Shown here: positions 1 through 13,219 of the stretch, piece by piece
Layout of the letters: every line of letters starts with the position of its first letter
Position numbering within the stretch: the first letter of the stretch is position 1
From: Amoeboaphelidium protococcarum X5
Taxonomy: Eukaryota > Fungi > Aphelidiomycota
Direction: 5' to 3'
DNA length: 64,000 nt
NCBI GenBank assembly: GCA_023515725.1
Contig: JALDTO010000192.1
Location: forward strand, 496,001 to 560,000
Program-made: the position numbers and the translations under genes
Notes under the pieces: model-generated
Told to the model about the DNA's origin: nothing
What the model saw: only the letters and a program-made list of their open reading frames with translations
Database searches by the model: none

Positions 1-27
1 TTTTAAAATTTATTTGGATAAGTGTAG

Positions 28-160
28 CTTTAAAGGCGTGACATACTTTTAATGTAAGCATGGTCATGGTAGCTTTGTAGCTCCTGATAAAGTACATTTA
101 AATGGAATAGATGTCGATTAAGACGAAGACCTCTTTGCATCTTCGGAAGATGAGATATGA
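28..160 (+). CDS. TBCB: 3' end of a CAP-Gly protein, probably tubulin-folding cofactor B (partial, last exon)
   Basis: Code-6 translation FKGVTYFQCKHGHGSFVAPDKV...SSEDEI* matches the CAP-Gly C-terminal half and the acidic DEI terminus of TBCB/Alf1. Preceded by a TGTAG acceptor ending at 27; TGA at 158-160. Confidence 0.7.
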
Positions 161-473
161 CTTTTTCACCAGAACAATATACAATTTATTATCTCAATAA
201 AGGGCGAAAATATGAAGGCTTCTATTTTTCTATCTATTATATTACTGTATCCAATGTCAGTCGACTTTGAACATTGACAATCGTCGATCTATCGTAGCTA
301 TTTTAGGCGACAATTTACAGTCACAGAGATTGGCTTGGCAAATAGATTAAGTCTATGATTGGCTGATCGAATATTAATGGTGGTACTACAACATCTAAGG
401 CTCAATACTGCATTTTCTCTTTTCAACAAAATAAATTTGTGGTAATCTATAAAGCAAGTATAACTAGTAAAAA

Positions 474-986
474 ATGAAAGTTTAATCTGTTGCATTGATT
501 CTGGCAGTTGTTTCAAGTACATTTGCTGTCTAATCTGAGCCTGCTCCTACTCCTGCTCCTGTTAACGCTGGCGCGTATGGTCAGCCTAGTTAGAATGGCA
601 CTGCTGGTGGCGCACCTCCTCACCCAAATATTGAGATCACTGACGATGTGAATGCTCCATTTTGTGACGAGATCATCCCTGGCTTCTCACCAATTGCCTA
701 TGGCTATGGCAATGGTACCACCGCGACTCCATCATCGAGCGGCAGCAACAATGGCACGGATGCTGGCGGCAAAGACGATGCTTCTGCCCCTACTCCAATT
801 GCTGGCGGCGATGATTAAAAGTCTGAAGATAAGGATGCTGAAGATAAGGATGTGGGCACTCCGAATGCTCCTGCTTATGAGACCGATCCATCATTCTAGG
901 CTACCAACGGTGCTGAAGGTTTCAGCCAGAAGATTGCATCTCTCGCGTCATTGTCTGCCGTGTCAGTCGCGATGCTTTTCATCTGA
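474..986 (+). CDS. Small secreted, probably GPI-anchored low-complexity protein (170 aa)
   Basis: MKVQSVALILAVVSSTFA signal peptide, P/A/G/D-rich body, hydrophobic C-terminus LASLSAVSVAMLFI*. Open only if TAA/TAG = Gln. Confidence 0.75.
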
Positions 987-1171
987 TCTGCGCCGCTCTG
1001 TTTCAATGTAGATTGATGTCATGATAATATAGTTATGTTGATATGTGGCGTTGAATATATAATGTAGTTTTTAATTATATCTTTACAAGATTTCTAAACA
1101 ATTTCTTCAATTAAATAAAATTTTCTATTTCGCGCAATGTCAATTCAATTTATCAATCTCAGCGTTATTAA

Positions 1172-2965
1172 TCATGACAAGTATTACATCCATGGCGCCA
1201 TACCGTCATCAAGACGCTTTTACACCAAAAATGGCTTACCTTCGAGTTCGACACTTGCCAATGATTTGTCTTCAACGTGTAAGTTCAGACTACTGCCACC
1301 TACAGCCTGCTGTTTGCTCTAATTGCCATCAGATTTCTTGCTTCCGTGTTCATCGTCAGCACCACTGATCACATTACCACCATCGGAATTGAGGAATCCA
1401 AACCAAAAGCTCTCATAAACCTGATTCTTCTGCTTTCTCTCCTTACCTTCAGCTCTTTGCTTATCTTCAAGTTCTCTTTTCAATTTGGTAGCCTCCGAGA
1501 ATTAACCGCCAATAATGTTGCTAGACACCTTCTCCCACAACTTTCTGCTTTCATGAGCATCCTGCTACTCCAATTGTCTCACCTTCTTTACGGCAGGCAT
1601 GGCCGGTTAAGCTGGAGCATCTGCATTCGAGTCCCCAGTCTCAACTGCAGGCTTCAATTTACTCAAATTAATCAAGCAATGTTTATCAAGATCTTTTTGA
1701 CCAGATGCTGTTTTCATTTAAAAAAACAACTCTTCTTTCCATGAGCCTGTTATTACACACAACACCTTATCATCAGGAACTTTACCTTTGCCGGAATATG
1801 CATTAATAACATCGTCATTAGTCTAATATTTCTAAGCATCATACTTGAATATCTTGGCCTCAATAGCAAATTTAGCTTTACCAAAGAAGGGCTCATCTTT
1901 GTATTCGATTAGACAACACAGCCCAGATTAGGGACATCTTATCACACAGTATCCATTCACCGCAATCCACAAACTAAACTTGAGCCACCCATTAACAAAG
2001 GCCGATGGATGACTAAGGACGTACTCTTCGCACTACTTGAACTTCTCATCTGGCAGAAGATCAACAAATATTCCCTTGTTCAAATGTCCAGGGAAAATCT
2101 TTACAGAAGTGCCACTGAACTTGGCGCTAATATGATCGACACCTCTGGCCACAATCTTCTTATCCGGGCAGTAATGATAATAAGCAGACACTGGGGGATG
2201 GTGACTAATCTACTCAGTGACAGACCACACGCGGCACTTGGCATCTCCATCATCAGTAGAGACAGTCATGGATTATTTCACTTACGAAAGCGGCTTATCG
2301 TCATCATCATTATTATTATAACTACTATCACTCTTAGCCTATTCTTTTGGTGATCCATTCTATTAAAGGTGTTAGCGAGACTGGATATCATACCAGCAGA
2401 TAAACTACTCCCCCAGGATAGAATTGTATGGCTTCATGAGCTTGTCGTTTACTATAAATTTCACATCTTTACTGAACCACCATCTGACGACACGCAACAT
2501 ACGATCCAACTCCGAATCGCCAGTTAGAGCAATATCTGCACCATATATCGGCTAACGATCTCCTTCTTTAATGCAGGTGAACAGATCCGGACAGTCCATA
2601 TAATTCCAGAACTCAAGATTAGAAATAGGATCCAACAGCTGAGAGGGCAGAGATATTCTCAAGCCAACCATATCCTTAACACCGATAAATTTAGTCATGA
2701 TGGAGAATATGGCCTTCATCTTGCCGTACGATGAGGCATCTTCAACAGCCACATGTTCTGGTTAAGTATCAACAACATCGTCCCCAGTAGCCCCATTTTT
2801 ATCATAGGAAGCTACTCCCTTAACAGGAGGTGCATCAATCTGAGAATCCGATGTGCTATCCAACTAGGTGTTCATCAACTAAGATGATACATTACTGATA
2901 TGAGTGATGGTCGGACTAACATCAACATCATCCATTCTTGAATTAATCGAGTCTTTACTAGTCAT
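1172..2965 (-). CDS. Oxysterol-binding protein family (ORD-only, Osh-like), ~597 aa
   Basis: Motifs RISLPSQLLDPISNLE, KPYNSILGEQF and the OSBP signature EQISHHPP in one code-6 frame; TGA at 1172-1174. Confidence 0.9.
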
Positions 2966-3699
2966 TCTATGAAAGTTAAATTCGAATATTTACTAAACTT
3001 GCTATTAATTCCCAAATGAAATAGTAAGATATCAGACCCACTACTACTTTATTGATAATACAATAAAGTTAGATTACTGTAGATTAGATTTGATCCTGAA
3101 GACCAAGGAGCCGACGAAACTAAATTGAGATTTGAAATGATTTGACTTTCAGCCCGAAACGGAACGAGGATCAAATTAGATCGAGGCGAGAAAGGGGCCG
3201 GTTGTTGACGTAATGCCAGGCAACCAACCACATGTTTGTTTCATCATCAGAGTTAATTTAAGTCATAATATGTTGATACATTCAATCAGCTAGTTTGGAG
3301 AAGTTTGGTAGATCTTCACTGTTTAACGGCACCAGTGACTTACGAGTTAATTAAGCGAGAAGCTTTTTGGGGCATAAGTTATTTAAGCATTGTAACACGG
3401 AAGCCAGTTTACTTTGACTCAGATATCATCTTTTCTAACCACGACAATTCCTATCTATAATGCAGGTAATTCGTTATTTGTGGTGCTTTAAAGTTTAGTT
3501 ATGTCCTGATATTATTTTTCTAACTGCACATGTCAGGAAATGAAAGTATTGTAATATGCAAACTTTTATTAATGATTGCGTCTTTACACTTTTGGTTTAG
3601 TGACCATCAAGGCACTTTCAGTAAAGTGACGATTGTGATCTTTACAGCAAAAATCCCCGGACATGAAGACTACGACAACTGAGCTTGAGAGCAAATTTC

Positions 3700-4392
3700 A
3701 GCTTTTCATTTCAACATACTTTAAGGGATTGTACATGTTACTTGTATAAAGTTTATTGCTGGACATGCAATATCCCACCACCACCAGAATCTATTATGAC
3801 TTCACCTTTAGTAAAACTTCGTGACATAACATTGTACGCGCTTTGCTACTAAATGATAGTCCGCTTGATACACGACAATTATAATACTTATTTAAACCAA
3901 CTTCATCATTTGTTTGCAAAATACGCCTCATCTTCCAATATGTCTTCCATCGACTCAAATACGCACGGCGATGAGAACGCCCAGTACTAAGGCAGTAACT
4001 CACAACGTCCTCTAACTTGTGCTTAATATCTATAACATCTGCTACGTTGACTCAATCTTCATCTTCCAACACTTCACAATAATCTTCTTCGACGTAATGC
4101 TCATTCAGATTTTCAAAAATATCAGATCTAGTTGAGCCCATGTTCGCCAGAAGCTCGACACTTTACTATGTCTCCGCTTCAACTTCATCATTAACTTACG
4201 CGCAACTGACATCGCTCTGATTATCTAATAATGGCATCTACTCAGGTCCAAAATAAACTTCTAAACATTTACGAAAACACTTTTTGAATTGTGGAATACT
4301 TTACCTTATTAAACGCCTCAATTATCCAGGGAACTATTAGCTTCATGTTTATTTGATTTTTGTTATACACTTTTTCTAATATCTACTCTCAT
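3700..4392 (-). pseudogene. Degraded ORF of unknown family
   Basis: ATG at 4392 opens MRVDIRKSVQQ...EVLEDED, then an in-frame TGA near 4052 and coding-like sequence continuing in several frames. No recognisable domain. Confidence 0.25.
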
Positions 4393-4861
4393 GAGGTGCT
4401 TTTAATATCCACTAAGATAGACATTAGTCGATGTCTATCCCTTCAATTGAGTTTAATTCGGTGTTTTAGGCTATGTTTCAAGTCAAGTTAGTGCAAAGAA
4501 ACAATAAAAAACAACTGGACACGACTTTAAGTCTGAACCGCGAAAAAAGTTGAAAAGAATTTTCTAAAACTGCAATATTAAATACATATTTGGAATTAGG
4601 GCGAAAAGTTCTACATGATATTAAAAATTATATTTTTAGGAGAATTTAGTGGACACGAGTTGCGAGACACGAGTCGGGGGTCACCTGTACAGTACTTCAA
4701 GTTTGAACAATCAAATATTTTTTGGTGCGTGTATGGTGCCCCTGCCCCACTTTTTTCCACTTTTAATGCTTCAACAAATCCCTTGTCTACTCTCTAAATA
4801 TTTATCAAAATTTGATTTCATTCTTTTTTAATTGCTACTTTTTGTATAAATAGTCAAAAAT

Positions 4862-6021
4862 ATGGGAAGACACGCGTAGATTGTTATAGGACCGGCCGGA
4901 GCAGGAAAGGTATGATTGTATTTGAGAATGTATTGTATCAACAGCTTTTAACACCTAAGCTTTAAATTTGTGTGTAGTCCACTTACTGTCTGGCAATGTC
5001 TAATCATATCAGATAGTGCAAGCGACCCGTGCTGATGGTGAATTTAGATCCCGCTGCTGAGGACACGTATTACGAGCCTCATGTTGATATACGTGAATTG
5101 ATCACGGTCACTGATGTTATGGATGAGTTGCAGTACGGTCCTAATGGTGGGCTGGTTTACGCGATGAATTATCTAATTGAAGAGTTTGACTGGCTTGAGG
5201 AAGAGATTGGTAATGATTTGCAGGATGAATATGTCATTATAGATTTTCCGGGATAGTTGGAGTTATTCACATATAGTAATGTGGTACAGACAATCATCGG
5301 TCTGCTATAATCGCGCCTGTAATTGCATTGCTGTGCAGTCTATCTGCTTGAATCATCGTTTGTCACGGACGCGCCAAAGTTTTTTACTGGAGCACTGGCT
5401 GCAATGAGTTGCATGATCCAGTTGTAGATACCTCACGTTAATGTGTTGAGTAAAATGGATCTTATTGAAGGGCGCCCAGGAGAGTTGCTTACATCAACTT
5501 CGTCTTCTAATCCTTGGATGTCAATGATTAGCTCTGACGCGTCCAATGTTGAAGACAATCTACTGGCTTAATGCGGCAGTGATGTGGATCAAGAGAATTT
5601 GGATGAATAGTGTGATACATTAGGAGAAATTCCTGTTGATATAGATCCGGAGGCTCCTAAAAGTGGTTATGCTAATACTTTTGATGATGAAGAGGCACAA
5701 TTAGTGGAAAGTAGAAGAGATCAGGTTCAACTGGACCGATTTTTAGAGACTGATACATCGCTACTTTTGGAACGGCTTAACCAGTCGTAATCTTCGCAAT
5801 TTGCCCAACTAAGCAAGCGATTAGTGGATTTGATAGACGAGTTTGGACTTGTCAATTTCATTCCTCTCAATATCCATAATGAAGAGTCGTTGCATGATCT
5901 TTTGTACGTTGTCGATCAGAGCCTGTAGCATGGTGAAGATGCAGACACTAAAGAAATGAGGGAAATGGAAGAGCTGGATGAGGACGATGACAATTACGGT
6001 CAGTATCAAGATTACTACTGA
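4862..6021 (+). CDS. GPN3: GPN-loop GTPase 3 (one intron, 4910-4977)
   Basis: [16 protein letters not shown]|STYC (P-loop split by a GT..AG intron), NLDPA, GPNGGL, DFPGQLELF (Q = TAG), SLQHGED; TGA at 6019-6021. Confidence 0.92.
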
Positions 6022-6089
6022 TAGCATGAATTATATTAGATGTTTATCATTTTAACATGTGCTGTTGATAACTTTTATCATAAATCCAT

Positions 6090-9000
6090 TCAAAGTAGAC
6101 TAATGATAGATAGCACTTCTTCGGCGGTAGGACGGATGACAGCTTCTTGATGCCACATGCGTTGAATTAAATCTATGATAGTTTTCACCAAAAGTGGATC
6201 ATTCACAGATTGGAGCGGTGATTGTTGAGGAATAAGTGGCCTAACGCCTACCTGCACTTACACCATAATGTCTTATGCTGGGATGGTCCAGCACTTCTAA
6301 CGGATAAACATCTCGTAAGCTACCACACCAAGCGCGTAAATGTCGATCTTTTACTCCTCCATGGTAGTTATATCTGTGAACATAGTGGTTGATGTATGAT
6401 TCGCGTCCACTGTCTCTTCTTATCCAGATGTTATCTCCAAGATACGCTAAATGTACTCAGGAGCAGCGTACTACAGTGACACACCTTGTAATTTAGCTTT
6501 CTGGAATCCTTTGATAAGATCTTGACTATTTACCAGGAGTTTAGCAGCTCCAAAATCACATAAGACGGCTGACAAAGGAATGTTCTTGTCACTTCTGTTA
6601 GTGTTAGCAAAACTCAAAAGTACATTGCCAGGCTTTAAATCAAGATGCACAACTTTGGCTTTATGAATGTCAACAAGAGCATTCAGTAGATCCTTAAATA
6701 GGGAGACCATCAAGGTAATTGAATACAAATCGACCATCTGAGGCGCAAAAAGTAAATCACTAAGACTGCCACCAGAGTACACCTTCATCACAATTGTATT
6801 AGGATTAGTGGAGAAACCAACTAGACTGACAATATTAGGATTGTGCTCAAATAGATTCAACAACATTACCTCCTATAGAAAAGCCGCGTCTTACTCGTGC
6901 CTCTGATCAGGAGGTAGCTGTTAAGCTTTCTCAACCTTGATCGCACAGAGATCTGATCCAATCTTCTACTAATGCTGGCGACTTGTTAATCTCCCTTCGT
7001 ACACCGTGCCGAAACCACCCTCAGAGAGTTTCTTAACTATTGTAAAATGGACTCCAGGAATCATGGCCAAATATCCAGGAATGGACATTTAATTAGCGCC
7101 ATATATAGAATCATTAGTTGGAATTATGGTGGTGTTCATGTACGTATCTCCTCCATTCGCACTGCTAAAGTTCTTTTAAGCGGCAGATGATTCCAGCGCC
7201 AACCTTGAGGAATGTAGCTTCTTTTTTTACTACCTCTTTCTTCTGTATAATAGTATTAGCGCAAGCATAAGAAGTACAACCATCGATCCAACCGAAGAGG
7301 CGATAGCGATCATCACGATTGGGATCCCATTTCCAACTTCCGCATTGGAAGAGCCGCCATCACCAATTATAACACTATAAGTTGTCCGTGATAGGCTCAA
7401 TTATAGTGACTCATGACCATGTAAAGAAAATAGGACATCGTTAGTTTAGGATTACGATGTTTAACCAAATCCAATTGTAATAGGATCTGACTATGTCGAT
7501 AATATAGACGCAGAACTGTACAAATATGATGCATGCGAGGAGGTAGTTTCCCAAGTAGATTGCGCTGGAATAGACCACGTTTCGAGTTAATTATCATTAG
7601 CCAGGGATGAGTACACGACTGAAAATGAAACAACAGAGCTAGGGGTAGCAGATGCATCTATAGTAGATGAAGATACCATAAGGCCAAGATCACTGGTTGT
7701 TCCCGCCGACTGATACGACACAACTGATTGCTGAGTAGCTGACAAATATGACATACCAATAAAAGTGGAGCCAATAGTCGAGAATATGAGCGAAGTGGAC
7801 AAAGCAGAAACTTCAAGCAGACTAGTTCCTGTTGCTACAGAACCAATAAGTGTCAATATTGAGGATGTTGGTAGAGAAGTTGTACTTGAAGTTGTAACGC
7901 TAGTTGTACTTGAAGTTGTAACGCTAGAAGGGCTCGATGTGACTATACTGAGTGTTGTTGACGTCAAGCTAGTCCTTAAAGTAGCAGCCAATGAAGTTGA
8001 GCTAGTCGTTGAAGTAACAGCAGGCGAAGTAACGTGAGTACTTGAGGTGCTTCTAGTTGTAGAAGTAGTGGTCGTTCTAGTAGTAGTTACCAGTGGCCAA
8101 GTCATCCTCTGTATCAAATTTTGCTAAGCATCATTCAAGAGACCAATAACAACTACACCAGATGGTTAACTTCCACCAACTCCTATTGCCTAAGTCTTAA
8201 CTGGAGAGCTGAAAGGGGCAGCAATCGATAAAATGCCGTTAGCCGAATTCCGGTTAATGGTGGCTCCAGAATAAGCACCTGAACTTAGCCTTCCGGTTAA
8301 TACGATAGACGATTCGGTAGAGAGATATAAAGCACCGGCCGATTGTAAAATACTCTAGTAAAACACATATTGTACCTAAGCAGATTAAGCGCTGATGGAC
8401 AAAAGAGCTGCTTGTCCACTGAAAGGCACTTCGGCTGGAAACTAAAGAGAGTATTAGGCCTTAAGGTCTACCAACGCGTAGCAACCACTGTTATAACAAC
8501 TCAGACTTTTGAGGGTAGCCACGCTGCCTGTAAAGCTAGAAGTAGTACAAGGTAAAGTATTAGTACACATCGATCGCCTAGCAGTAAATAGATTAAAACC
8601 ATCGCAAGTAGCAAACAGCACTGATTCATCAAAGCCAATGAAGGTTTAATCAGGTTTGGTGAATACGCTTACATAGAATGTGGTGACACTCAATAACTAA
8701 TCAAGACCGTCGATGGTGTTGTTATAAGTCCGCACAATATACTTGTTTTTAGTACCTGTCAACCTAGACGTGCCCTCTAGAAACAGAATGTGAAATATTC
8801 GCTACGAATCAAGCAGGCTGGTCACTATATCGACGACAGCTACAGCATTCGAATGTAAAGTACACTAAGACCATTTGAACAACATAGGACTGTTTCCAGT
8901 TGGATCTAATTATATCATATTGACCAAAATCGCAGAGTTGGACGATTCAACACAACCTTACCCAAATACAAAATCATTCTAGCTGTTAGTATCTTCTTTA

Positions 9001-9362
9001 CTAAATGTAGTAGCGGCCAAATACAATTTTCCACTCACCTAATCTATACTTATTACCGGCTCATAGTCCTCCTTAGTGCCACCCAAGAGAAGGCGAAATA
9101 TCAGCTGACCGTTGGCGTCATACTCCTCCAGCATTATGTCTGTCTTGTCGCTTTTTCCAATGAATGAGTTGACGGGAGAGGTGACATCATTCTAGAGCTT
9201 TGGCTTACCTGTAAACGTTGAGCACACATATGTCCTTCCATTAGCAGCGTAGTACAAGGACTCATAATTCACCCTACCATTAGTTAAATCCACCTACGCG
9301 CGAGCCTTCGGAATAAAGACACACAAATTCATGAAGAGCACTAATATCCAATACAATGTCAT
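6090..9362 (-). CDS. Receptor-like protein kinase (signal peptide, beta-rich ectodomain, S/T stalk, TM, kinase), ~1090 aa
   Basis: Hydrophobic N-terminus MTLYWILVLFMNLCVF; Thr/Ser stalk ~7590-8100; TM IPIVMIAIASSVGSMVVLLMLALILLY followed by RRKR; kinase motifs EGGFGTV, VAIK, HLDLKPGN, DFG, YAAPE. Confidence 0.9.
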
Positions 9363-9518
9363 TTCTATTATTATTAATCGATCCTAAGTGAAAATTGTAA
9401 ATTTGCTATAATTGAATTACTATTGATGTCATTTCATAAAAGAGTAAGAATTTCGTTTCCATTCCAAGTGCCCAACTCACCATGCGGCTAAATTTAGCCA
9501 TCAATCAGATGCCTTATC

Positions 9519-11678
9519 TCAGTATTGAACTGTTGAAGGCGCATTAGCAGTAATTTCAAGAGGGATAGTCCTATTCATCATGACAGACTATGATGTCTAG
9601 AGAATTTTGCTTGACTGCCACATGGACTACTGCTGCTTGCGCCTATTTTATCTCAGTTTATAAAGACCTCCCAAGACTCCAACAATGACAACAACTGCTC
9701 CTGCTACTGTAACCAACTACAGAATCGCAGGTGAAGATGCCAAGGCTTAATTCTCGGGCGCCTTATCAGAGAAACTAGAACCATCACTTATCGAAGATGT
9801 CTAGAAGCCAACAAAGGAAACTACTGAGAATGCAAGTTATGTAGATTGACTTCTTTAGCCAGTTACCGACGATGAATCGAAACCCACAGATTATACAGAG
9901 ACACTTCCAACATCACCAATACGAGAGAAGCTTATAGAGGTAGTTGTTAACGTGGCTGAATTAGAGGATGGAGTAGGCACTTCACTTTTATCGGTTGACG
10001 TAAGTTATAAGTTTCCCAAAGTAGAATAAACCACGTTACTGACAGAAGCAGATGAGGTGCTTGATGCTACAGAGGCTTGACTACTTGATGAAAACCCTAT
10101 TACTTAGGACATGGTAACCAGCGATTGAGATACTGACGATAGTACAGATCTTGAGGCTATTGATGAAGTCGTCTCAGAGGAAGATAACGATGCAGATGTA
10201 AACGATACCGTGCGGCTTAAAGAGCTTGTGCCAGCCGTAGACATTATACTGGAGGTCGCAGCAGCAACAAAAGTTTAAGTAGTGGCTGCAAATGAAGACA
10301 ACGTACTTCTTGTACTAGCTGATGTCGTTATTCTACTTGTCGGCGTAGTCGTGGTCGATGTTGTTGTTGTTGTTGATGTCGTTGTAGGCGTAGTAGTAGT
10401 CGTAGTAGTAGAAGTCGTCTTCGTAGTTGTTGTACTAGTTGTAGTAGTTGTCGTTGTAGTTGTCGTGGTTGTAGTCGTCACGACATCACTAAAAGTGAAT
10501 GTCACAGCAGATTATGACGATGATGAGATACCAATTATACCTCTCTTATTTCCAGAATCAATTCCAAACGACATTACATCCCCGGAAGAGACAACCTTAG
10601 TATTAAATAATAATGCAGTTTTGGATAATATTCCCGTATTGACTCCAATATAAAACAAACGACCAGAAGACCCGCCAGAGGCTTTTAGGTCCATGACTAC
10701 CATTGCGTTCGAACTTTGATCATAGTAGAGACTTTGCGCAATATTCGCAGCACCAAAAGTAATAACTGGTTAGAAGGAAGAGCCATTGTGATAATATAAG
10801 ACAGCTTGAGAATTGAATATGCCCAGCACAAAGCATTTTGTACCAACGCATTTAAAGTCACCGACGCTTGCTATAGCAACATTTGCCGAGTATTAAGTAG
10901 AGCCAAAAATTTTCGTCAATGCTTATCCATTACTTAAAAAAGAAATAACATTGTCATTGATGCTAGAGCTCAGCGCCTGTGACTGATACTATGAGGCATT
11001 GTAATAATACCCAGACGCACTATTGCTATTTGTGAAATCCTCTGAGCCAATGTTGTAATGGCTAAGAGAGTAGTCTCGGATCAGTGAATTTCTCGTCACT
11101 CCTAACTGCACATAACTGACAGCCAGCATTTGAACAGAGCCTTAGAAATAATAAGCCAAATCAAGCAATAAAACTTATGTAGCGGCAGCCGGGAAAATGC
11201 ATCGCGACCACTCGATGACCATTGGGTTTCCGGCACTAAGTAAAAACTTATTCACCACTACTTACTGGGAGTTTTAACAATTTTATCCGAAATGGATCAC
11301 ACCGAGATGGGAGGGGGCACTTGCACTCGTGGAAGTTGCGCCAAGAAACAGCTAATCTCCACTCAGAGCCACAACAGGCTCATACTCCCTATTAAGCCCA
11401 GCGATAATGTACTAAAAATGTAACGTACCAGCATCAGAATATTCCTCGATGAAAAGATCAGTTGCACCGCTTGAGCCAATTATTTTAGTTACAGATGCAT
11501 CTGTCGCCATCAACCCAGCTTATCCCTCAAAAGTACCATACACGTAAAGTTTCTTACTATTCTCACTAAATACTGAGCCAACATTCTTCTTATTAGTCAA
11601 GACCAGTGGGCCTGAATTTACAGCGGTAGCCAACAGCGAGATTATTGTCACAACCACTGAATAAACAGTAATCTACAT
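9519..11678 (-). CDS. Single-pass surface protein (receptor-like protein without kinase), paralogue A, ~719 aa
   Basis: Signal peptide MQITVYSVVVTIISLLATAVNS; ectodomain similar to the adjacent kinase (TDLFIEEYSDAG...EYEPVV); poly-Thr stalk; TM; short tail ending NAPSTVQY*. Confidence 0.85.
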
Positions 11679-12969
11679 CAGCTATTCTTCGATTAACTAC
11701 AAGTCTTTATACTAATGGCCAATTAATCAATAGGTGACGATGGAAAGCGTGAATGATAAGAAGAGGATAATACAAAAGCAAATGATTGAAGAATCTTAAT
11801 CACAGGGATATGCCAGCCACTGTGCTAAATATAGACAGCGAAATGAGGGGCTGTGAAGTTCACTATTTCAGCTAAAGCCCAAGGAAAATTGAGTATCTAT
11901 AGTTCATAAGGGATGCGCTTAGTGGCTTAATTGGCTTTAAAATGGATGAACGCTGTAAAAGCAACGCTTAGTTTTCTAATGCACCAATCTGGTCTCCATT
12001 TAGCTTGGGATAACGCACCAACCTTTTGTTTCAACCGCGTCTGGTCCACTCAGCCTTGTCGCAATCATGCTCAGCTAAAATTCAGATTATATAGTCTAAG
12101 CTACGACTAGTCGAATATATTTAATTAATTTTAACTAAAGTGAGAACTTTGTATTTATCTGAAGCGTGAATTGCAAGACATAATCCGAAGATGTTAGACA
12201 AATTAAAGAAATTAATCATATTGGAAGTTGAATGATGATCAGCTTCACTTAGATACGCGTCTGAAGATAGATTATCCTATTGAAGAGAATATACAGCAAC
12301 GTTAAAGTGGCGTTATACATAAGAATGTCTCTTCGTCTTGAATTTTCCTCATTTTATAATAGAGTCGATGCGTACAGATCTGTCGATCCTCAACATAAGT
12401 TGAGCTTACCCGCCGCTAGATCCCCTGCCGAATTATTCACCTATGCTATTCTACAATATTTTCTGTTAAGGAAGTGACGAGACTACGCACAGCTCTGTTG
12501 TAAGAGACAGTTCCAATCGCTAGACAGTCAAGAAGGTAAAGGAGAAGAAGAAGGTGGATCATGCTATCCTATGACGCGAATATCCTCGATGACACACACT
12601 TAACTGATTTCGTACTCTGAGCAATGAATTACCAGCGAGCATAACATAGACAAAGAACAGTTACTGTGGGCTAAGGTCTCACCGTAACATCGTTAATTAT
12701 CATGCAGCAAGTGTTGCCGTCACTGAAGCCGCTCTTAATCATTCGCCCCGTCGGATATATTATGTTCATAAGATGCCAATGTCAATATAGTGACCAGGGA
12801 ATGTCTGGCTCGGAACTCTAACTGGATTCGAACTGGATCCTAATGCTTAGGCACAGTAAGTACGAGGATGCAGTAGATTATTTGCTATGACTTTAATCAG
12901 AAAAGGATGCAAGATTTAGTGGAGAAATCGTGAAGATGTCCAGAGCAATTTTTCATAATACAAGGTTTC

Positions 12970-13076
12970 ACTACCTATAGTTCACCCTGGAATTATTGTG
13001 TAGCGTCTTACGCTCGAGCCTATGGACCATTCAAACCCAGAAGCGTGAAGAGCGCCAACATCTAATTCAAAATCAT
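12970..13076 (-). pseudogene. 5' remnant of a duplicated copy of the 6090-9362 kinase gene
   Basis: MILNQMLALFTLLGLNGPQARAQ aligns with MTLYWILVLFMNLCVFIPKARAQ. Upstream DNA 13074-13170 aligns with 9360-9456. Similarity is lost after a frameshift. Confidence 0.6.
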
Positions 13077-13219
13077 TTCTATTGCTGTTAATTAATCCTA
13101 AGCGGAAATTATTAAATTATTTAAATTGAATTACTTTTTGTGTCATTTAATGAAAAAGTAAGAATTTCGTGACCATAGCCATGTCGCTAAATTCAGCCAT
13201 CAGTCAAAATGCGCAAGTC

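Noticed and set aside
3300-4440. Second Fanzor remnant (IIDSG motif, acidic stretch, 9-bp hairpin at 4416-4439)
   Set aside because: The motifs are in inconsistent frames and order, with no zinc finger or RuvC-III; too degraded to assign.
12160-12960. Coding-like plus-strand stretches between the receptor paralogues
   Set aside because: Short, interrupted by TGA, and without recognisable motifs.
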